This document shows, piece after piece, positions 1 through 7,664 of a DNA stretch of 34,444 nt. Under the pieces are notes generated by a model that had not been told where the DNA came from, did not search any database, and saw only the letters and a list, made by a program, of their open reading frames with translations. Both the position numbers and the translations under genes were made by a program. The stretch lies in IMG/VR virus record IMGVR_UViG_3300020045_013484, positions 1 to 34,444 of that record. One strand, given 5' to 3'. Positions within the stretch are counted from its first letter, which is position 1, and each line of letters starts with the position of its first letter. Source of the DNA: a virus (lineage: Duplodnaviria > Caudoviricetes).

Positions 1-1
1 C

Positions 2-109
2 ATACTGCTTTGTATTCCTTTTGTTTTCCTTCTTCTACAACATAAAACCAATTTTTAACAGTTACTATACATTTCATTTTTTTTCTCCTTTTGTTTTTTA
101 TTTTTTTAA
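2..109. repeat. Direct duplicate of 825-931 at the contig start (probable chimera)
   Basis: Identical to 825-931 apart from a 1-nt T-run length difference; abuts the 3' end of the tyrosine recombinase gene. Confidence 0.9.
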
Positions 110-619
110 ATCTTGATTAGTTCCTATATACCTTAGTGTTATTGCTGGACTTGTATGGTTATAAAGTTCCTGCAGGAATGCGATATCTTTTGTCTTTTGA
201 TAATAATGGTAACCAAAAGTCTTTCTTAATGTGTGACAAGCCACTTTTTCCATTGCCATTTCACTAGAGATTACTTTAAGTATTTGGTGTATTCTTTGTC
301 TTGTTAAGGGCTTATTGTTTCCCTGTCTACTTTTTATCAAATAATCATTGTCATTTTTTCCTTCAATATATTTTTTAAGACCTTTTTTTAAATGTGGATT
401 AATTGAAATCCTTTTTAATTTGCTGGTCTTTTGTTCAATAAGTTCTATATGACTTTTGTTTCTTACGTCCTTAACTTTTAATTTTGTTAAATCAGATACT
501 CTTAATCCTGTATAAATGCCTAATAAAAAAAGAATGTGCTCCCGTTCTCCAATGGATTCCATTCTTTCCTCAAATTCTATAACCTGCTCCATATTCCTTA
601 TTGGGTCAACTGCTTTCAT
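98..619 (-). CDS. Small catalytic-domain-only tyrosine recombinase (C-terminus possibly clipped by the chimera)
   Basis: GLRVSD (R), EQKT (K), HTLRKT (HxxR), NHTS (H), LRYIG (Y); GAGGTG RBS. Confidence 0.93.
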   Translation of the reverse strand: MKAVDPIRNMEQVIEFEERMESIGEREHILFLLGIYTGLRVSDLTKLKVKDVRNKSHIELIEQKTSKLKRISINPHLKKGLKKYIEGKNDNDYLIKSRQGNNKPLTRQRIHQILKVISSEMAMEKVACHTLRKTFGYHYYQKTKDIAFLQELYNHTSPAITLRYIGTNQDLKK

Positions 620-633
620 AAGTCCACCTCAAT

Positions 634-900
634 TTATTCGGCAACATATATTGAGCTTTCGCCTGTAATTTTTACATACTCTTTCATATCCCAATTTCTT
701 ATTTCTGATTCTTTTGGAATTTCTGCTTCAATAGGTACAATTGCCACAACTTCTGTAATATTAATAAAAATTGGTTTTTCTTTACCTACTCTTACTCCCT
801 GTTCATTTTGAATTGTTTCTCCATATACTGCTTTGTATTCCTTTTGTTTTCCTTCTTCTACAACATAAAACCAATTTTTAACAGTTACTATACATTTCAT
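634..900 (-). CDS. Phage hypothetical protein
   Basis: 88-aa ORF, AGGAG RBS, coupled to the upstream ORF. Confidence 0.75.
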   Translation of the reverse strand: MKCIVTVKNWFYVVEEGKQKEYKAVYGETIQNEQGVRVGKEKPIFINITEVVAIVPIEAEIPKESEIRNWDMKEYVKITGESSIYVAE

Positions 901-1289
901 TTTTTTCTCCTTTTGTTTTTTATTTTTTTAACTTCTTCAATATTTTCAATTTTATTTATAACTGTAATGTCTTGTCCAGTAGCAAAATCAATTCCAAATT
1001 TATATTTAGGAAATTCTCTATTTAAAGTACTTTTACTAATAAAAATAAGAAAAGTTTCAACATCTACGTTTAAAGAACATGCATTGTGAAAAATTTTTAA
1101 ATAATCTTCAAATTGAAATTTTTCTACAATATCATAAGGCTTAGTAAAATTTATTATTGCATGAATACCTTTAACTACTTCTTCACACGAAAAGAAGGTG
1201 CTCCTATGAATCTTTTCTGCAATTTCAGATACTTTTTCAATATATTCATCTTTAATTTTTCCTTTGAAAAATACTGTATATCCATTCAT
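897..1289 (-). CDS. Hypothetical protein
   Basis: AAGGAGG RBS before ATG at 1289 (MNGYTVFF), preferred over the track start at 1349. Confidence 0.75.
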   Translation of the reverse strand: MNGYTVFFKGKIKDEYIEKVSEIAEKIHRSTFFSCEEVVKGIHAIINFTKPYDIVEKFQFEDYLKIFHNACSLNVDVETFLIFISKSTLNREFPKYKFGIDFATGQDITVINKIENIEEVKKIKNKRRKK

Positions 1290-1314
1290 TAAAAAACCTC
1301 CTTGAAATAACCTT

Positions 1315-1432
1315 TCAGTTTGACATATCTTATATTCTGTTAAACTCACAAAACTTTTTTAGTGTAGTATTTTCAATAGTTGTATTTAATTTTAATTATC
1401 AGTTTAACACAGCAAAAATAAAGTTAAACTCA
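1315..1432. other. Two tandem dif-like (11-6-11) recombinase-type sites
   Basis: TCAGTTTGAC-N14-GTTAAACTCA (1315-1348) and TCAGTTTAAC-N14-GTTAAACTCA (1399-1432), 84 bp apart. Confidence 0.55.
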
Positions 1433-1598
1433 TAGTAAAAATAAAATAAGTTATTGAATTCCCTATTTTCTTCATCACATAAAAAAATCCCTAAAGAATT
1501 TTAATCTATAAGGCTTTTTCAATATTAAGGAAGTATACATATTAGGAGTATAGCACGATTAATTTGTTTTTATGTATCAATATTTTATCAAATATTTA

Positions 1599-1868
1599 TC
1601 ACAATGAAAAATTACCAATTTTATGTCTTGTATTTTCAAATTCTTTTCTTAATTTTTCTTTTACATCTTCTTTTGTTTTTAGATTAAATAAATCCATATT
1701 TTCTTGAGTTAAATCAAAAGTTATTACTTTTGTATTTCCACAACTAAGAAAATCAGAAGTATCATTCCTTTCTTTTTCTGTTTCAAATATTCCAAAAGTA
1801 ACTTTTTCAGATATTCTATTTTCTGCAATTTCTACTAAACTACTTTGTAAACAATAAAAAACTATCAT
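1599..1868 (-). CDS. Hypothetical protein
   Basis: 89-aa ORF directly following 1869..2273, GAGGGG RBS. Confidence 0.7.
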   Translation of the reverse strand: MIVFYCLQSSLVEIAENRISEKVTFGIFETEKERNDTSDFLSCGNTKVITFDLTQENMDLFNLKTKEDVKEKLRKEFENTRHKIGNFSL

Positions 1869-2273
1869 CTATTCGTTCCCCTCAATCTTTCTTAATTGTT
1901 CAGCTTTTATTTGTGTTCTATTGAAACATCTTTGACCTTCTAAGTGTCCACTTGTAACAATTACGTATATATCCACCTCAATATAGTTATCTTTTCTAAT
2001 ACGAGATATAAAACCTCTCCCACCGTATAATTTATGGTTTTTATCTATAATTTCTATAAAATCATCAACTTTAAATTGTTCTTTTGGTTCTTTTGGTTCT
2101 TCCAATTCCTCATACATTTTTATTAGTTCATTAACTTTATCCTCGAACTTTTCAAAAGTTTCATTAAAATTACTTTTTCCTTGTTTTCTACCATTGCTCA
2201 TTAAAGTTAATTTTTTATCTATTTTTAATAAATCAGTTAAAGTTGTTTTAAACTTCTTAACATCTTTTGCCAT
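1869..2273 (-). CDS. Hypothetical protein with KOW/SH3-like C-terminal segment
   Basis: FKVDDFIEII...GGRGFISRI pattern; AGGTGG RBS. Confidence 0.7.
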   Translation of the reverse strand: MAKDVKKFKTTLTDLLKIDKKLTLMSNGRKQGKSNFNETFEKFEDKVNELIKMYEELEEPKEPKEQFKVDDFIEIIDKNHKLYGGRGFISRIRKDNYIEVDIYVIVTSGHLEGQRCFNRTQIKAEQLRKIEGNE

Positions 2274-2563
2274 ATTCCACCTACTTTCACATTATTTTTT
2301 TTCTCATAATAAAGCTCTTTTAGTTTTAAATTATCAATACTTTTGCATTCAGAAGAATAAAATTTCTCTTTTCCATTATCAAATTTTACTCTTATAGGAA
2401 AACAGGCTTTTGCATAGTAAGGGTAAAATAAATCTTTATTTTGAACTACTGTTCCCCAACCATATTTTAAAGAATAAACTCTATATCCTAATTTCAAATC
2501 TAAATTTAGTTGTAATTGATTTAAAGCTTTTATTTCTGGCTTATACATATCAAAAAGTGTCAT
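2237..2563 (-). CDS. Hypothetical protein, SH3-like
   Basis: LKLGYRVYSLKYGWGTVV...IRVKFDNG pattern. Confidence 0.7.
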   Translation of the reverse strand: MTLFDMYKPEIKALNQLQLNLDLKLGYRVYSLKYGWGTVVQNKDLFYPYYAKACFPIRVKFDNGKEKFYSSECKSIDNLKLKELYYEKKNNVKVGGIWQKMLRSLKQL

Positions 2564-2840
2564 TTTTTACACCTAATTTTAAGCTTGCTTGTGCTTCAAA
2601 TTGTTTCGGTTCATCTTTTGGAGGATTTGTTGAGTAATATTCAACAATGTTTTTACTAATTTCTTCAATAGTTCTTTTATTAATTGTTTCTGCGACATTA
2701 ATACGTTTTATAAGTCCATTTTTTTCTTTTGGCTCTCCATTATCTCTATTAAATTCTACGTCTTTAAATTCTCCTAATAATTTTCCATCAACAAAAATTT
2801 TACCTTTGCCTTTATAAATCTTAGTTGTATTTTTTGCCAT
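2550..2840 (-). CDS. Hypothetical protein with tail-tube-like N-terminus
   Basis: GGGGA RBS; N-terminus aligns with 24023..24439. Confidence 0.7.
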   Translation of the reverse strand: MAKNTTKIYKGKGKIFVDGKLLGEFKDVEFNRDNGEPKEKNGLIKRINVAETINKRTIEEISKNIVEYYSTNPPKDEPKQFEAQASLKLGVKNDTF

Positions 2841-2849
2841 TATTTCCCC

Positions 2850-3062
2850 CTAAAATAAAACTACTTTTTTATTATAAATATAATTAAGTCCTTCATCAAA
2901 ATTTATAGTTCTTTTGCTGATTTCTCCTGCCAAATCCATTTTAAAAATTAACTCATTAAATATTTTATGAGTTGTGATAAAAAAATCAAAAGTTCTATTC
3001 TCAATCATTTTTTTTATATACTCTAAATCATCTTTTTCCTCAATAATTAAAGCTTCTTTCAA
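2850..3062 (-). CDS. Hypothetical protein
   Basis: AGGAGTGA RBS before TTG at 3062. Confidence 0.7.
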   Translation of the reverse strand: MKEALIIEEKDDLEYIKKMIENRTFDFFITTHKIFNELIFKMDLAGEISKRTINFDEGLNYIYNKKVVLF

Positions 3063-3093
3063 TTTATCACTCCTATTTTTAATTTTTATAAGT

Positions 3094-3595
3094 AAAAAAA
3101 CCAAGATGTTTTAACAAATTGGCTTCGAGCATATCTCACGACATTCTCTATTTTTTTTAGTGAAGTTAGACGACCTCATTATTTGAGTTTAAGGAGTTCT
3201 CAAATTTCATTTCTAGTGTTTATTTTAGAGTTAAACTACTTTGACTTTTAAAACTCTAAGCCGATTTTTTTTAAAGTGTTAATCGGGTTATGTAAGGCAC
3301 TTTTTACTTTTTTTCCAAAAAGTATAAAAATCATGTTTTCAGATTTTACAAGGAAACTTCTGATTTGGTTGCTCAATAGCATAGTCTATTGAAAAGGCCT
3401 CTGCCTTTTAATGGGTCATATCCTTTCCTCACTAACTTTAAGGTAACAGCACCTTATACAATACACAAAGATTTATGAACTCTATAAGATGTTACGTAAC
3501 CCTAACCCCAAGTTTACGTTTGATTGACCTCTCTGACTAAACTTCTGAACCTGCGTCAATCTTCCTTTTTAACCAAATCGTGACAGATTTACTGG
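3094..3595 (-). ncRNA. Candidate large structured non-coding RNA
   Basis: ~500 nt without an ORF; about 10 local hairpins plus long-range helices; G-U pairs work on the minus strand; ends in a hairpin plus U7 at 3094-3125. Confidence 0.6.
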
Positions 3596-4033
3596 TTAAT
3601 AATTTATACAACTTTTTACATAATTTGTCAACTCTTTTAAAACTTCAATATTAAATCTTTTAATAGTTCTTTCAATCTTTTCTTGAACTATTTTTTTTAC
3701 TTCTTCTTTATCAAATTTAAATTTTTTTAATCCTAAATGTTTTACTTGTGTATTTAAATATATATCTTCCAAAACTTCATAAACTTCTTCAAAATCTGAA
3801 TCATTTATTTGCATAGCCATTAAAACATTATCACCAAATTCCTCATTACAATCATATATTAACTTTTGTCTACCATTAACTTTTTCAAATTCTAAATTGC
3901 CAATTATACTTTTAATATCAAATTTTCTAAGTTCCATTAATGCAATATTTAGTTCCAAATATTCCTCTTGAGCTTTTAACTTTTGTTTTTCTGCTCCAAA
4001 ATATAAATATATTAACTGTGCTTTTTCTCTCAT
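3596..4033 (-). CDS. MazG-like nucleotide pyrophosphohydrolase
   Basis: FGAEKQKLKAQEEYLEL and EEFGD motifs (EExxE...ExxD) of all-alpha NTP pyrophosphatases. Confidence 0.6.
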   Translation of the reverse strand: MREKAQLIYLYFGAEKQKLKAQEEYLELNIALMELRKFDIKSIIGNLEFEKVNGRQKLIYDCNEEFGDNVLMAMQINDSDFEEVYEVLEDIYLNTQVKHLGLKKFKFDKEEVKKIVQEKIERTIKRFNIEVLKELTNYVKSCINY

Positions 4034-4485
4034 TATTCCCCCTTAATTTTTTTAAAAAAAGTATCTATTTTCAATAAAAATATTTCAAAATAATTATACA
4101 TAATTTTTCCAAATTTATTTACTGCAAAACTTAGTTCTACACTTTCCATGAAAATAAGTTTCTTAATGTTATTGTTATAAAATAAATAATAAAGCTCCTC
4201 TATGTATTCTTTATTCCAGCCTTTTTTTAAATAATGTTCTAGTAGTTCTTCTGAAAGCCCATGTTTTTTATTTATTAAATTTTGTAGATGTTCTTTATAA
4301 TCTCCTGCAGGTCTGGGATATAAAACTATTAAATTTAATAGCTTAACTCCCTTAAGATTTTCTTCATTATTTACAAGTAATACATCTCTTTGATTTATAG
4401 ACCTTAAACCGTATAATTCTAAAAGTTTTATAGCTGGAATATAATGTTCTCCTGCAAAACAACTTATCAAAACATATTTAATCAT
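4033..4485 (-). CDS. Hypothetical protein
   Basis: 150-aa ORF, translationally coupled, GGAGG RBS. Confidence 0.75.
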   Translation of the reverse strand: MIKYVLISCFAGEHYIPAIKLLELYGLRSINQRDVLLVNNEENLKGVKLLNLIVLYPRPAGDYKEHLQNLINKKHGLSEELLEHYLKKGWNKEYIEELYYLFYNNNIKKLIFMESVELSFAVNKFGKIMYNYFEIFLLKIDTFFKKIKGE

Positions 4486-4922
4486 TAGCCCTCCTTATAG
4501 CTGTTAACCCCTTGATATAAAGTAAACTCATTATAATTAAGTTTGAATATCTGCTTATCTTTATTAAATTCAGCACTTATTAAATTATCTCTCATGCTTT
4601 TATTGTTTATATGTACACCGTATTTGTTATTTAAGATACTAAATACTTTTTTATTTTTCATGGGAATTAATTCAACTTTTTCATAATTTAAATCTTTAAC
4701 ATAAATAAAATTTTCTATAAATACATTGAGTAAATTTACATGTATTTTTTTATTTTTATAAAAACTATTTAGTGTATTTATGCAATCTTTTATATGCTCT
4801 ATATTTTTACTTGTGGTTTCTAAAAATATATAGCCATTATAAATATAATTCTCTTTAATTGTATTCATATCGTCAAAATTAATTATATGTTTAACTAAAA
4901 ATCTAACTTCATCATTTGTCAT
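4485..4922 (-). CDS. Hypothetical protein
   Basis: 145-aa ORF, AGGGGA RBS. Confidence 0.75.
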   Translation of the reverse strand: MTNDEVRFLVKHIINFDDMNTIKENYIYNGYIFLETTSKNIEHIKDCINTLNSFYKNKKIHVNLLNVFIENFIYVKDLNYEKVELIPMKNKKVFSILNNKYGVHINNKSMRDNLISAEFNKDKQIFKLNYNEFTLYQGVNSYKEG

Positions 4923-5279
4923 TTATTCCCCTTTCAGCTCGTAAGCTGTGCAAAAGCTTGTTTCATGATTTTTAACTAAATAACTTTTGCTTTTGCATAG
5001 CTCAAAACTTTTACAACTTAAACAATTTTTTAACTCTACTTTTTTATTTTCTGCAAGGATCTTATTTACTCTCAAATAATAATGATTCCCATGTTTATCT
5101 TTTTTAGATTGTTGGTTATTATTAGCATTAAATATTTGAATAGTTTCTTCTTTTTTATTCTTGGTATAAACTACAATTTCATTTATCCTATTTTCTTTTA
5201 CTATAAAGGTTTCTATAAGTTCTTTATTACTATCATAGCCATAAAGCTTGTCATTTTCTTTTTTGTCCTTAAAAGCCAT
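4923..5279 (-). CDS. Hypothetical protein with C-terminal Cys cluster
   Basis: CLSC...C...C motif; ATG at 5279 after GGTGGAG. Confidence 0.7.
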   Translation of the reverse strand: MAFKDKKENDKLYGYDSNKELIETFIVKENRINEIVVYTKNKKEETIQIFNANNNQQSKKDKHGNHYYLRVNKILAENKKVELKNCLSCKSFELCKSKSYLVKNHETSFCTAYELKGE

Positions 5280-5344
5280 TAACTCCACCAGCTACTTACT
5301 GAAGTTAAAAGTATTAATGCAATTATTGATAAAAATAACCTCAT
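5279..5344 (-). CDS. 21-aa hydrophobic peptide MRLFLSIIALILLTSVSSWWS
   Basis: AAGGAG RBS; ATGA and TAATG overlaps with both neighbours; fills the gap exactly. Confidence 0.55.
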   Translation of the reverse strand: MRLFLSIIALILLTSVSSWWS

Positions 5345-5745
5345 TCTAGCTCCTTGTGGGCTTGTGTTGCTGTTTTACAATAATCTAAGTAATCTAAACC
5401 TATTCTTTCGCCACCGTTGCTGTCGTCCACTTGGTAGCCATTAAAACGTATAACATTGTCAAATTTTTGTATTTTCATGTTTATTTCCATAACAAGTTGT
5501 TTTATATCTCTACTAACCGAATTTATAGTTGTATTTGATATTCCACCTTCTTCAATCCATTTCATACGTCTTTCAAGAATATTTACTATATCACAAGTTT
5601 CCTCAAGCATATCCAATGCTCCGTCCCTGTAAATATCCCTATCTCCGTATTTTTTATGTCCCCAAATTGCTCTAGCTTCTCTTAACGTTTCTATTTCCTC
5701 ATTTGTTAATCCCATTACTCTTGGTTGAAATTTTGTATTTCCCAT
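5341..5745 (-). CDS. Putative all-alpha NTP-pyrophosphatase-fold phage protein
   Basis: GHKKYG...DMLEETCDIVNIL pattern; AGGAGG RBS. Confidence 0.5.
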   Translation of the reverse strand: MGNTKFQPRVMGLTNEEIETLREARAIWGHKKYGDRDIYRDGALDMLEETCDIVNILERRMKWIEEGGISNTTINSVSRDIKQLVMEINMKIQKFDNVIRFNGYQVDDSNGGERIGLDYLDYCKTATQAHKELE

Positions 5746-5753
5746 TGTTCCTC

Positions 5754-5894
5754 CTAATCTTTTATCATCATAATATTGAATGAATATATTTTTGTATCTC
5801 TTTCGTGTGCATTTTTTAAGATAATATCAAGTTCTTTTTCAGCTTCTATTTTATTATCTGTGTCAAAAACTATTTCAACTAATACTTTTGTCAT
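5754..5894 (-). CDS. Small hypothetical protein (46 aa)
   Basis: MTKVLVEIVFDTDN...; AGGGGAG RBS; fills the intergenic gap. Confidence 0.65.
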   Translation of the reverse strand: MTKVLVEIVFDTDNKIEAEKELDIILKNAHERDTKIYSFNIMMIKD

Positions 5895-6071
5895 TTACTC
5901 CCCTTTCCAAATTTTATTAACTCTTTCAAGTCTTTTATAATACTTTTGAGCTACTTTAAAACATCTGTTGAGTACTGCATTTTCAATTTTATAATCAATC
6001 TTTTCAATAATTCTTTTATACTGTTTATATTTTTTTAAAGCTAGGATATACCAAGCTAATTTTTTAATCAT
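5895..6071 (-). CDS. Small basic hypothetical protein
   Basis: ORF coupled to its neighbours. Confidence 0.6.
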   Translation of the reverse strand: MIKKLAWYILALKKYKQYKRIIEKIDYKIENAVLNRCFKVAQKYYKRLERVNKIWKGE

Positions 6072-6909
6072 TAGACCACTCAACTTTTACAGTTCCTCTA
6101 ACTTTTGCAACTGATTTTAAAATATAAAAATCTTTATCATGATTTAATATTGCAAGTCTTTCGGCTTCTTTTTCTGCTGTTTCTAATTTTGTAAATAATG
6201 ACATATCACAAGTCGGATTATAAACATAATAGTATTCTATATTAATAATTTGTTCTAATTGATTTTCATTGAAATCTACTATTTCTCCGTTTTCTAAAGT
6301 TATTGAGTATATTGAGTTTTTGCAAGGGTAGTCAATAATTCCTAGAGCTCCTCTATATCTTCGTATATCACTTTTTATAATTTTTACTCTATCGCCACTT
6401 TTATATTTTGTAGTTTGTACATTGAGATTTTTTGTTTCTTCCCAATCAATATGATTTTTATAATAAGCAATACCATTTGAAAGATATATTTTTTCATCTT
6501 TAAAATTAGGATTTATATTTATGCTTTCAACTTTTAATATTTCTTCTAATCCTAATGCTTTAAATTTTCTACCAACTTCAAGTTCAAAAGGCTCTTCATG
6601 TTGCTTGTCCTCAACTTTTTTAATATAATCTTTATGTTGAATTACAGCAATATTTTCTAAATATATTCCGATTGTACTGTCTACTACAAATATTATTACT
6701 CCTATTTTTCCAGTTAAATTATTTAAATTATTATATCCATTAGCTAAAATTTTTACTTTATCCCCAATTTTAAATTCTTTATTTAATTTTTTATCTGTTC
6801 TTTTTATAATTTTTTTTGTTATTTCTTGAAGTTCTTCAAATTCTAATTTAAAAATTTGTTCTGTCATAAATTTTCCAAACTCTATTGCTGCTTTTTCAAT
6901 ATTTTCCAA
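6064..6909 (-). CDS. Protein with repeated KOW/SH3-like modules
   Basis: FKIGDKVKI, LEVGRKFK and YKSGDRVKI repeats; GGAGG RBS before TTG at 6909. Confidence 0.7.
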   Translation of the reverse strand: MENIEKAAIEFGKFMTEQIFKLEFEELQEITKKIIKRTDKKLNKEFKIGDKVKILANGYNNLNNLTGKIGVIIFVVDSTIGIYLENIAVIQHKDYIKKVEDKQHEEPFELEVGRKFKALGLEEILKVESININPNFKDEKIYLSNGIAYYKNHIDWEETKNLNVQTTKYKSGDRVKIIKSDIRRYRGALGIIDYPCKNSIYSITLENGEIVDFNENQLEQIINIEYYYVYNPTCDMSLFTKLETAEKEAERLAILNHDKDFYILKSVAKVRGTVKVEWSND

Positions 6910-7657
6910 CTGTAAACCTCCATTTTTTAAGGGCTTATAAGGCATACCAGTAGCCCTATAAACCCTTTGAGATATTTCATTTTAAACTAAACATAAGCGA
7001 TAAAATTACAGATATTCCAACATTTTTTTAATCAGTAAAGCTTTATTTAAAGTATCAACACCTGTTCCGTTCAAGTGCTAATATCAAAAGAAGTTTATTT
7101 ATTATTATTAGTTAAAGATTTGTTTTTACTTAATTTCATATTAGAAATACTGTCCATTCCCATCATTAATTCCAAAATTTCTAATTCTTCTTTTGTATAT
7201 TCTTTTTGCTGCTCTTCTTCCTGTTTTTCTTCATAAACTTTAATATGCTCATTTCCAAACTTAAAAACAGAAGCTTTTAACACTAAACTTAAATGATAGT
7301 TATAATATTTAAAATCACTAATAATTAAATCATAAGTATCTTGAGTACATTTTATTCTAAAGCTATACTTATTTTCTCTTTTTTGAGAACCATAATAATA
7401 TTTTAGTCCATACGAACTCATAATACGGTGCATTAATATTTTTTCATATTCATTTTTAGGTATTAATCTGAACATTAGTATTTCTAGCTCTTTTAATTCA
7501 TTTTCTTCAATTTTATATTGTTCTTTTAATTCAATATACCTTTCTTCCCAGCTCTTTCTTCTAAAGTTAAAGAATCATCATCAATCATATTTCTTATTTT
7601 CAACAATTTATGTTTTATTTTTTCTTGTTTTCCCAACTGTAAACCTCCATTTTTTAA
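6906..7657. repeat. 25-bp direct repeat (6906-6930, 7633-7657) containing RBS and TTG start
   Basis: Exact CCAACTGTAAACCTCCATTTTTTAA in both places. Confidence 0.9.
7095..7636 (-). pseudogene. Frameshifted ~180-aa gene (DUF2786-like N-terminus); true pseudogene or sequencing indel
   Basis: GGAGG-TTG at 7636 reads MGKQEKIKHKLLKIRNM...EER; another frame continues WEERYIELKEQYKI... into the 7095..7475 ORF; 542 nt, one base short of a whole number of codons. Confidence 0.6.
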
Positions 7658-7664
7658 AGAATCT

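Noticed and set aside
2237-2302. 37-nt overlap of 2237..2563 with the next gene after an A8 run (possible slippage switch)
   Set aside because: A one-base change either way would only shorten the tail. Cannot be distinguished from natural overlap or sequencing error.
3094-3595. Group I/II intron or IS remnant
   Set aside because: The flanking ORFs have their own stop and RBS and do not join. No GUGYG start, domain V, terminal repeats or transposase fragment was recognised. A covariance search is still needed.
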